From IMG/VR virus record IMGVR_UViG_3300028833_000002: DNA of 31,197 bases; one strand, 5' to 3'. The notes under the pieces were generated by a model. That model ran no database searches. It worked only from the letters and a program-made list of their open reading frames with translations, and was not told the DNA's origin. A program made the position numbers and the translations under genes. Positions 9,054-17,068 of this stretch are shown here, piece by piece. Source of the stretch: a virus (lineage: Duplodnaviria; Heunggongvirae; Uroviricota; Caudoviricetes). Each line of letters begins with the position of its first letter. Within the stretch, counting starts at the first letter, position 1.

Positions 9054-9359
9054 AGTAATTCCTCCTGCCCTATGGGCGTTGTCATTTCTTCTATGATTAT
9101 ATTATACCACTTTCAAGGGGTTCTGTCAACAGTTTTCGCTGCAAAAAGTTGTGGCTCTTTTTTGTGTAAATTCACCAATAGACGTAGCTCCCATACAATG
9201 TCATAATTGGAAAATTTTCCCTCAAAATTCATTATACATATAATACCACAACTTTCACTATTTGTCAACACTTCCAGTTTTTGGAAAATCGCCCGGGCAA
9301 ATTACCATATTTTACCATTAATGGGACAAATAAAAAGGAGTGCCGAAGCACTCCCAGTT

Positions 9360-9674
9360 TCATATCTGTTCTGCTAAATCGTGGCAAACCAACATAGCTG
9401 CTAAATATTTGGCAGCATATGGGTGATTAGGAACTTTTGCCAGCTCGCCCGGTAAACGTCTGTTAACCCAGTCTACCACCTCAGCTCCAGCCCTGATGTC
9501 ATCATCGAGATAGTCGAGAACCTCATCAACAGCTTCATCGAGATAGTCGTTGTCAACCGTAAAACGATTGGCAAGATTTGGGATAGCTTTAAGGGCTTCG
9601 TGGTTCTCAGCTTCCCACGCCGCGAACGCATGCATAACTCTTGCTGTAAAAACATACCAAGACATATCTTTCAT
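9360..9674 (-). CDS. Hypothetical protein, 104 aa
   Basis: GGAGGT SD before ATG 9674; terminator GGAGTG..CACTCC. Confidence 0.8.
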   Translation of the reverse strand: MKDMSWYVFTARVMHAFAAWEAENHEALKAIPNLANRFTVDNDYLDEAVDEVLDYLDDDIRAGAEVVDWVNRRLPGELAKVPNHPYAAKYLAAMLVCHDLAEQI

Positions 9675-9923
9675 ACCAATTACCTCCATAGTTTAGTGGT
9701 TTCCTTTATTCTGTAATTATATTATACCATACCCTATTATAAAAGTCAATAGTTTTTTAATGAAATGTTATACAAATTCGCAGTGAAATTTTTGTATACT
9801 ATGCTATTGGTAATATATGGAAAATCGCCCGGGCAAATTTCCAAAATATGGAAATAATGGAGTAAAAGAAAAACTGGGTAAAAATACCCAGTCTTTCAAG
9901 AAACAAACACATGAGGTTGGAAA

Positions 9924-10196
9924 TTACTTTTCTTTTACAGTGATGGAAATGTCAACCAGTTCAAAATCAATTGGGTCTTCTCTGCCAAAATCCCATATTG
10001 CGCCATGGACTTCTTCTACATCAATTCCACATTTTTCTTCAAAATCAAACATGATTTTATCAGAAACTTTAAGACAAAGATGTTTGTCTTCCGGATGGAT
10101 GAAAGTAGTGCCCACTGGCATTAAATCCCACTGTTCAGTTGTCATAGGTCTTACTTCACGTTCAATTGTTATAGTTGTTAATTCCTTCTTAGTCAT
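9924..10196 (-). CDS. Hypothetical protein, 90 aa
   Basis: AGGAGGT SD; second gene of its unit. Confidence 0.8.
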   Translation of the reverse strand: MTKKELTTITIEREVRPMTTEQWDLMPVGTTFIHPEDKHLCLKVSDKIMFDFEEKCGIDVEEVHGAIWDFGREDPIDFELVDISITVKEK

Positions 10197-10215
10197 AGCT
10201 TATTACCTCCTAAAA

Positions 10216-10305
10216 TTATCCAAAAATTACGTTTACTACAGCTATAATAAGCGCTGTTAATCCTGCTGCCTGAGCAAAAGCCTTAATGTCAACAAAATTT
10301 TTCAT
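10216..10305 (-). CDS. Hydrophobic peptide, 29 aa (MKNFVDIKAFAQAAGLTALIIAVVNVIFG); not in the ORF track
   Basis: GGAGGT SD at normal spacing; first gene after a consensus promoter; stop just before the next SD. Confidence 0.7.
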   Translation of the reverse strand: MKNFVDIKAFAQAAGLTALIIAVVNVIFG

Positions 10306-10546
10306 ATTATTTACCTCCATATTCTATTAGGTTTTCCCTTACCCTGTAATTATATTATACCATACCCCTAAGAGAATGTCAACACCTTTTTAATAAAATA
10401 CTACACAAATTCGCAGCGAAATTTTTGTGCAATCTGCTATTTGGTAGAAACTGGAAAATCGCCCGGGCAAATTTCCATAATTTACCATTTTGCGCACGGG
10501 CAAATTACCAAACACCTCCATTTTACTGGAAGTGCTTGGCTTGAAA

Positions 10547-10849
10547 TTATTCCCAGTATTTACTTAATTTTTCTGAGTAAAGCTGACCCTTAAATATACC
10601 ATCATAGAAAAAACCTACCAGAGGTTCAAATATTTCCATTTCTTCCTCCGTTAATCCTGAGAAGTCGCCTGAGAGTGCTTTTTCTACGTCCTTTACAGCA
10701 CCTTCCCAGCACTCATCGAAGTCGTCCATGCTGAGCTTTGCCATTCTTTTCTTACAGATAGGACTCGCAAATTTGGCGCAAGTTGACTCAGTTACAAGGC
10801 TTTCAATTTCTTTGCTCATTCCGATAATTCTTTCTACTGCCATTGTCAT
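10547..10849 (-). CDS. Acidic hypothetical protein, 100 aa
   Basis: GGAGGT SD before ATG 10849; own promoter. Confidence 0.8.
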   Translation of the reverse strand: MTMAVERIIGMSKEIESLVTESTCAKFASPICKKRMAKLSMDDFDECWEGAVKDVEKALSGDFSGLTEEEMEIFEPLVGFFYDGIFKGQLYSEKLSKYWE

Positions 10850-11010
10850 AATAATTACCTCCATAGATATACCATTTGTTTCCTAAAGGGTTTTGTTTCC
10901 CTTACCTTATGTTTATATTATATCATAGTTTAGTATGAATGTCAACACTTTTTTAAAAATTTTTTATTGTCATATTGCACAAATTTCGCCGCGAAAATTC
11001 TATCAACACC

Positions 11011-11080
11011 ATGGCAACTTGGAAATAATTGGAAAATCGCCCGGGATGGCAACTTGGAAATAATTGGAAAATCGCCCGGG
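11011..11080 (+). repeat. Exact 35-bp tandem duplication ending in the boundary-repeat core
   Basis: ATGGCAACTTGGAAATAATTGGAAAATCGCCCGGG twice (11011-11045 and 11046-11080). Confidence 0.95.
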
Positions 11081-11169
11081 CAAATTACCATAAAATGGAA
11101 ATTAAGGAATAAACGAAAAACCGCCCAAAATTTGGACGGTCTTTCAAATTTATGGAGGTGTTGGAAATA

Positions 11170-11385
11170 TCATGCACGGTGGTAGACATTGTAAATTGTA
11201 TCAAGAATGTCCGCCATTTCCCTTTTATTTACAGGTGGAGAAAGCCTGTCAATGCCGCCAAATTCTCCCTTTTTTACAAGAGAAACGGCACCGTTTGCGT
11301 ATTCCAGCTGATAGTAGTCTCTGCCAGTTTTTGCCTTTAAGTTTTCAAGTTTGATGTTGAGTAAAGTTTTAGTAATAATTCCCAT
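11170..11385 (-). CDS. Hypothetical protein, 71 aa
   Basis: GAGGT SD, promoter, terminator. Confidence 0.75.
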   Translation of the reverse strand: MGIITKTLLNIKLENLKAKTGRDYYQLEYANGAVSLVKKGEFGGIDRLSPPVNKREMADILDTIYNVYHRA

Positions 11386-11642
11386 AATAATATACCTCTT
11401 TCCATTATTACCCTTTCGGGTTGTTTCTTTGTTTCTATGATTATATTATATCATATTGGCGGGAACTTGTCAACACTTTTTTTGAAAAAATTTTATTGTG
11501 ATATTATACAAAATCGCGGCGAAATTTTTGTATGGTTTGTTATTGGAAGAAACTGGAAAATCGCCCGGGCAATTTTCCATAAAATGGTAATCCTACCACA
11601 AATAGAATGGAAGCCTTGTTTTACCAAGACTTCCAAATTTAC

Positions 11643-11849
11643 TCAATAAGCCCATTCTCTGTCATTGGAATATAATTCCCATCTTGGGTCTTCCTTTAAT
11701 TTCCTTGTAGTTATGGTATAATCTTCCTCACTCTTAATTTTTCCCATTTCTTTGTAATAATCTACCATTTTAGGAACATCTTCCTCATAATAACATCTTA
11801 TTGGAAACATTTCACCTTTTATCCTTATTTCCCAAACCTTTGCCATCAT
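11643..11849 (-). CDS. Hypothetical protein, 68 aa
   Basis: GAAAGGA SD after a GCC-GATA-GGC hairpin; promoter; terminator at 11609-11634. Confidence 0.75.
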   Translation of the reverse strand: MMAKVWEIRIKGEMFPIRCYYEEDVPKMVDYYKEMGKIKSEEDYTITTRKLKEDPRWELYSNDREWAY

Positions 11850-12101
11850 AATTACCAATCCTTTCCGCCTATCGGCTTTCCTGTTTGTTTCTATGATTAT
11901 ATTATACCATAGATTTATTAGAATGTCAATACATTTTCAGAAAAAATTTATTGTGATATTGCACAAATTTCGCCGCGAAAATTCTACTGGTAAATTATGG
12001 AAAATCGCCCGGGCAAATTTCCAAAAAATGGTAATTAAGGAGTAAACAGAAAGGAAGCCTTGTTTTACCAAGACTTCCAATCTTTGTTATTTTAGGAGAA
12101 A

Positions 12102-12515
12102 TTAGATATAATTCCAGTTTTCTGCCATTTTCTTAAATTCTTCCATTTCTTCCTTGATAAAAGTATTAAAGTTGTCAATATTTGCTATTGCCTTGAATTT
12201 GGAATTAAATACTATTGCTTCCTCATTACCCCAATCACAATGTGGGTCATCCATAAACTTCCAACCGTTTTCTTCCAAAACCTCTTTAAAGTGGGCAATA
12301 TCTACCAAATAACATTCAAAAGCATATATGTCAGCTCTGTTATAATCTGGCATAAAATCCACATTTGTGTCCTTTACAGCTTCTACCATGGCAAGGATTT
12401 CCTCAGCTGGTGTATCACGGGTAATAGTGAATTCCCTGATAATACCATATTTTTCATAGGTTCTGCCGTCTTCTTCATCCACAAAATCTGTCCAGTCAAA
12501 AAGTCTAAATTTCAT
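12102..12515 (-). CDS. Acidic hypothetical protein, 137 aa
   Basis: GGAGGT SD before ATG 12515; terminator at 12053-12078 identical to the one at 11609-11634. Confidence 0.8.
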   Translation of the reverse strand: MKFRLFDWTDFVDEEDGRTYEKYGIIREFTITRDTPAEEILAMVEAVKDTNVDFMPDYNRADIYAFECYLVDIAHFKEVLEENGWKFMDDPHCDWGNEEAIVFNSKFKAIANIDNFNTFIKEEMEEFKKMAENWNYI

Positions 12516-13036
12516 ACAAATTACCTCCATAATTATACCAATTGTTTCCTTTGGGGTTCTTTCGTTCCCCTTACCTTATGTTATTATTATATCATAGAAT
12601 AGGGTATTTGTCAATAGTTTTTCTAAAAAATTTTTGTTGTGATATTACACAAACTAAGGGTAGACTTTTTATGCAACATTTTTCTCCTACTTTCCCATTC
12701 TATACCAGCTCTCATTTTTACTTTTTTACCATATTTTTCCGGTGGAATTTACCATGGAGATTTATAACATAAATAACAATAATTGGAAACTCCTCACTTA
12801 TGGTATAATTGGTAAATTATGGAAAATCGCCCGGGCAAATTTCCACATATTACCAATACATATAATAAACATATTCTACCATAATTTTCTATAAAAGTAA
12901 ATACTTAAACTCCAACTACCAAAAAATGTTTTCACACAACTTTCACATAACTATCACAATTCTATCACATAAATCCATTATAATAATAACAATGAAAGAA
13001 GCAAACACTACGGGCAATTTGGAAAGGAATGGTATT

Positions 13037-13498
13037 ATGAACATCTACAAAGAAATGGAAAAAGAAAACTATCTCAACAGATACAAAAAGTTAGTTTTCA
13101 CTGAAAATCAAATCTATGGTTTCCCTTATGAGTCAAATATCTACATCTACATCACAAAGAATGAATACTTTGACTTCTATCTTAACAAAAGCACTAAGAA
13201 TGACTCAAAAACTCTTGACTGGCGACCGACTAAGAAGTCAATCGAAAGAATGTTAGAAAAAGCGACAATTCTTTGCACAGTAGAAGAATTTGAACAGAAT
13301 TACTGCTACGATAACAACGGAAGAACATTAGAAAAAATGTTATTCACAAAGTTATTAAATCAGACTTATACACCGGACACAGTAAGATTTGATAAAGGCG
13401 CAGACATTACAATTAACAATGTTCCTTATAGTGTAAAATATCTAAGGGGCAGACTCAGTGATATGAAAACTATCGAAACCGCAGAAAATGAAAAATAA
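13037..13498 (+). CDS. Putative PD-(D/E)xK restriction-endonuclease-like protein, paralogue of 14927..15448
   Basis: GGAAAGGA SD before ATG 13037. Motif LCTVEEFE..DNNGRTLE..GAD..YSVK. The fold call is inference. Confidence 0.6.
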   Translation: MNIYKEMEKENYLNRYKKLVFTENQIYGFPYESNIYIYITKNEYFDFYLNKSTKNDSKTLDWRPTKKSIERMLEKATILCTVEEFEQNYCYDNNGRTLEKMLFTKLLNQTYTPDTVRFDKGADITINNVPYSVKYLRGRLSDMKTIETAENEK

Positions 13499-13594
13499 TT
13501 TAACATTAAGCCGCCAAGTAATTGGCGGTTCCTTTTTGCCGTGAAGATTGGAATATATTGGGAAATCGCGGCGAAAAATTAAGAAATGAATCTC

Positions 13595-13623
13595 TTTACT
13601 TTTTTGTAAAAACATGGTATAAT
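13595..13623 (+). promoter_or_regulatory. Plus-strand promoter with no downstream SD-led ORF
   Basis: TTTACT-17 bp-TATAAT with an extended TG. Confidence 0.6.
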
Positions 13624-13947
13624 AGTTTTAGAAAGTTAAGAATACCAATAAATTAGGGTTCTTACCAAATCTCACAAATTTGGAAAAAGTTTCCGGGTGG
13701 AAGCCAGCTCCCATAAACTTCCATTTTTGGTAAATTTTTCCAAAAAGTGCAGCTCCCATTTTCTTCCATTTATGGAAAAATTTCCCTCAAACGTAGCTCC
13801 CATAATCTTCCATATATGGAAGAATCTTCCCATCCTAGCTCTCCTAGAATCTGGTAAAACTGGTAAAATCTGGAGGAATTTACAGGGATATATCTCCAGC
13901 ATAGGAAAAATGTGGAAAATTGCCCGGACAATTTTCCAATATATACC

Positions 13948-14196
13948 GAACTTCTAAGCGGTTCAGGTGAACCGATTTCACCGCTTTAAAGCGCTAAAGC
14001 GCCGGCACGGGCAATTATCCAAATTATGGACTTTACCACGGTAAAGCGCAACACTTTAAAGCGCTAAAGCGGCACGGGCAATTTTCCATATTATGGACTT
14101 TACCGCGGTAAAGCGCAACACTTTAAAGCGCTAAAGCGGCACGGGCAATTTTCCATATTCTGCATGAACTTTTAAGCGGTTCATGTGAACCGATTT
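13948..14196. repeat. ~67-bp tandem repeat (about 2.6 copies, 13984-14159) bracketed by 31-bp direct repeats containing a CGGTTCA-NN-TGAACCG palindrome
   Basis: Units contain CTTTAAAGCGCTAAAGCG, GCACGGGCAATT and the palindrome CTTTACC(A/G)CGGTAAAG. Flanks at 13948-13978 and 14166-14196. Confidence 0.9.
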
Positions 14197-14254
14197 TATT
14201 GAAAAGTGAACCGCCTTGATAATCGACGGAACTTTTCAAGGCGGTTTTATTAAA

Positions 14255-14533
14255 TTACTCAATAATGTATTTGTCACTTTTTGTTTGTTCTGTAAAGCGG
14301 TTTACTCTTGTTTGTATGTAGTCTTTTGAGATAGTCCCAAAGTTTTTTATTGTTGCGATTTCAAGAGTGATAATATTTTTATCGTCAAGTGTTTTTCTAT
14401 ACTCATAAATTTTATCATCGGCTTGTTTTCTGCTACCGTCGCACATTTTAATTAAAACAATGTTTTTTGCTTTATCCTTGATAATGCAAAAGCCGATAAA
14501 AGCACCTTTAAAATTAAAATCCTTAATACTCAT
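14255..14533 (-). CDS. Hypothetical protein, 92 aa
   Basis: GAGGT SD; last gene of a three-gene unit. Confidence 0.75.
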   Translation of the reverse strand: MSIKDFNFKGAFIGFCIIKDKAKNIVLIKMCDGSRKQADDKIYEYRKTLDDKNIITLEIATIKNFGTISKDYIQTRVNRFTEQTKSDKYIIE

Positions 14534-14613
14534 AATTATTATACCTCATTTCTAAATTTTCGGCACTTGTGAGGATTTTTCAACCCTCACAAAATACCAT
14601 TCTGATTTACTGA

Positions 14614-14850
14614 TTAATAAGTTTCATATATTGCTGTACACTGTCTATAAGCACTATCTTTACTAATAACGATATTTGAGTCAATTGTTTCATAACCTCT
14701 ATCCAAAGCACTCATGACATACCAAAACGCCTCCGGCATTGACTCACCTGTTTTATACTTGTATGTTTTGTTTGTGCCTAAAATCCTGTATTCTGTATAA
14801 CTGTTTTCGCTGTTTGTCATGTCTGTAAAGTAATTAGCTAAAATTTTCAT
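14614..14850 (-). CDS. Hypothetical protein, 78 aa
   Basis: GGAGGT SD before ATG 14850. Confidence 0.75.
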   Translation of the reverse strand: MKILANYFTDMTNSENSYTEYRILGTNKTYKYKTGESMPEAFWYVMSALDRGYETIDSNIVISKDSAYRQCTAIYETY

Positions 14851-14926
14851 AATTATTACCTCCGTAAATGTTAACTTGTTTTTTATTGTGTGGTTAGTGC
14901 TCTGACCACTAACCACATCATTCTAA

Positions 14927-15448
14927 TTACATACAATATTCATTGTATAACGCTGTTGCTTTTTCGCTATCAATCTTTATTGTGCTGTTATCAGTGAATT
15001 TTATCTGATATACTCCAAAATCACCGTTTTCTTTGTGGTTTTCGTTTGATTTCTTGTATTCAACTCCAAAGAACTCAAAGATAACCCTTTCGGCAGTATA
15101 GCCGTTATTATCTTTATACTCTGCTTTTTTAGCTTCAAATTCAGCCGCTGAACACAGCTGAATGTCATGGGATAAATCCCATTTTTTAATATCCTTCTTA
15201 CCACATCTGATACGAAGCGCTGGCATGCCGTCGGAGCTAAAACCGCTATAAACTGCGATAGCTTCCTTAGTCCAATCAAGCTCATGAGCCCACATTTTGC
15301 CAGCGTTTTCGTAAACCATGATAAAATCACGGCTGAAAATCTCATCAAGGTAAGCGTCAAGGTATGCCTTGATGTAATCAGTGTGAACGTTTGTCTTCTC
15401 TGAGTTTCTGAACTTGAAACCTGTTGATGTTTTAAAAATTAAATCCAT
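14927..15448 (-). CDS. Putative PD-(D/E)xK restriction-endonuclease-like protein
   Basis: GGGAGGT SD, promoter at 15501-15529. Motif LCSAAEFE..DNNGYTAE..GD..YQIK (E..D..QxK). The fold call is inference. Confidence 0.6.
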   Translation of the reverse strand: MDLIFKTSTGFKFRNSEKTNVHTDYIKAYLDAYLDEIFSRDFIMVYENAGKMWAHELDWTKEAIAVYSGFSSDGMPALRIRCGKKDIKKWDLSHDIQLCSAAEFEAKKAEYKDNNGYTAERVIFEFFGVEYKKSNENHKENGDFGVYQIKFTDNSTIKIDSEKATALYNEYCM

Positions 15449-15701
15449 AAAATTACCTCCCGCCTTTCGGCTGTCTGTGTTTGTTTCTTTCTATGGTTCT
15501 ATTATAGCACGGTTAAAAATGAATGTCAACAGTTTTTTGAAAAAAATTAAGGTTTTTCAAAAAAAATTTTTTCACTTAGCACGGGCATTATAAAATGACT
15601 AATATTGCGACAAAACGGGCGTGAGTATGGTTTTGGTATGAAATGATGACGGGGGGTGCCAAAATTTTGGAAAATGGGAAAATCTCTGACAGCTGCGGTG
15701 C

Positions 15702-15843
15702 CTGACAAAAAACACACACACCAAAAATTTAAACTCGAAGGAAATTCAATAAGACCTGACAAAAAACACACAAGAAATTTTTTTAAAGTCGAAGGAAATT
15801 CTATAATCTCTGACAAAAAACACACGTAAAGTCGAAGGAAAAA
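15702..15843 (+). repeat. ~54-bp-period tandem repeat (3 copies) at the strand switch
   Basis: CTGACAAAAAACACAC at 15702, 15756 and 15810, each followed by TCGAAGGAAA. Confidence 0.9.
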
Positions 15844-15899
15844 TCACAGTCCCTCATGAAATTTTTTATAAACCTAAAACCTAAAAGGAGGTCCCCACT

Positions 15900-16964
15900 A
15901 TGTACAACCTAAACACAAACCTATCCGAGCGAATCGCTCTCGTAAACTCAAATCCCCCAACCACACCGGCCCAAGCGGAACAAGCAGCAAACTATCTTCT
16001 CTATGGAAAAGACTCAACTGGCTTATCCGCTGTAGACCGCAAACTAGTCTATCTCAAACCAAAACACGATTACTCAAAAAACGCCCCATTATCCCTAGAC
16101 GAACTAACCGATTCTCCTACATTTATAGAAACACCATCTACATTTTCGCGCACAAAATACCGCACACCAAAACCATCGTTTAGCCGCGAAGACCAAACAA
16201 ACGCCAATCTACCAAATATCGGAGATTTGTGGCACTCAATAGATGAGGTTTAGAAAGTTCTCGAAAAAACCGACCCAACTTCCAAAAAATACTATGAGTT
16301 TAAGCATTTGCTTGTTGAGCTTCGGAAAGACCAATATCTCTTACGCGACCAAGTTAAATCCCCAATCACCAAAAAACCAGACCACGCTTCAGCTTGGGAG
16401 CCGCAAACCTCTTCTCTCGACACCTGGCCTTTAAGTAGTTCTATTCCCGGTGTTTTGGAAAATCCATTCCATAATGGTGTAAAGGTGGACATACCTCTCG
16501 ACCCGCCGCGAAACACCATTGACCTAACAAACTGGAAGCATATTGCGCAAATAGGATTTGGGTATTGGGAGTTAAAGGATGAGAATAAGCCCCTAATTGC
16601 CCAATTTGACAGATATGTGGAAATGGCCGATTTTAGCGAACAACAAACCATTATATGGGATGGGAAGTTAGCCGGCAAATCGAATTTGGAAATTTTAGCG
16701 GATTTGGAAGCCCATGGCTACTCCCACGCCCCAAACTACATTAGTACGATTTGGACCACATGTTGTAAGAAAGTTGCGGCTTAGGCAGACCTGGTTTACG
16801 ATGAATGGTGTTGTAAGGATTGGGACAAGGCTTGGAAGAGATGTAGTTGTTGTGGGGAATGGAAGATGAGGGATAAGAGATTATGGCACAAGAAAAAGAA
16901 GAACGTTGATGGATGGGCAAATGTTTGTAAGGATTGTGTTGAGGAGAAGAAAAAGAACAAGTAA
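15900..16964 (+). CDS. 354-aa protein with a C-terminal CxxC..CxxC zinc ribbon (TAG=Gln, 2 in-frame TAG); possible late regulator
   Basis: AGGAGG SD. ORF-track fragments 15900 and 16308 share a frame and read through to TAA 16964. KRCSCCGEWK...CKDC. Confidence 0.75.
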
Positions 16965-17068
16965 GACGACCCCTGCTGGCTTCGCCAGCAGGCCCACCCA
17001 GGGTTTAAAAAATTTCGCCGCGAAAGTAGTGTCTAAAATCGCGGCAAGACAGTAAAGGAGTGATTTAA

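Larger units (their letters stand above)
203..13929 (+). repeat. Dispersed cassette-boundary repeat GGAAAA(A/T)C-GCCCGGGC-AAATTTCC (19 perfect cores plus 3 variants)
   Basis: GCCCGGGC cores at 203, 1159, 1909, 2804, 3626, 4392, 5038, 6093, 6769, 7496, 8015, 8576, 9291, 9827, 10461, 11074, 11563, 12007 and 12829. Variants at 5605, 11039 and 13922. All are intergenic and in the same orientation. Confidence 0.95.

Noticed and set aside
1059-12772. ORF-track entries crossing the boundary repeats (e.g. 1059, 1149, 1865, 5582, 5872, 7476, 9817, 10967, 11437, 12542)
   Set aside because: They run through promoters and repeats (recurring KRPG/LPGRF/IARA peptides), lack SDs, or are antisense shadows of better genes.
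203-13929. CRISPR array interpretation of the regularly recurring palindromic repeat
   Set aside because: The intervals are mostly 0.44-1.1 kb and contain whole genes, the repeat flanks are variable, and no cas genes are present.
203-13929. Classical integron attC sites
   Set aside because: There are no RYYYAAC/GTTRRRY ends, the units carry their own promoters, and no IntI is in the window. Kept only as an analogy.
13672-13957. ORFs 13672..13902(-) and 13697..13957(+)
   Set aside because: They lack an SD, and the translations simply reflect the TGGAA/TTCCA repeat tract.
15547-15825. 92-aa minus-strand ORF
   Set aside because: It is a translation of the 54-bp repeats and has no SD.
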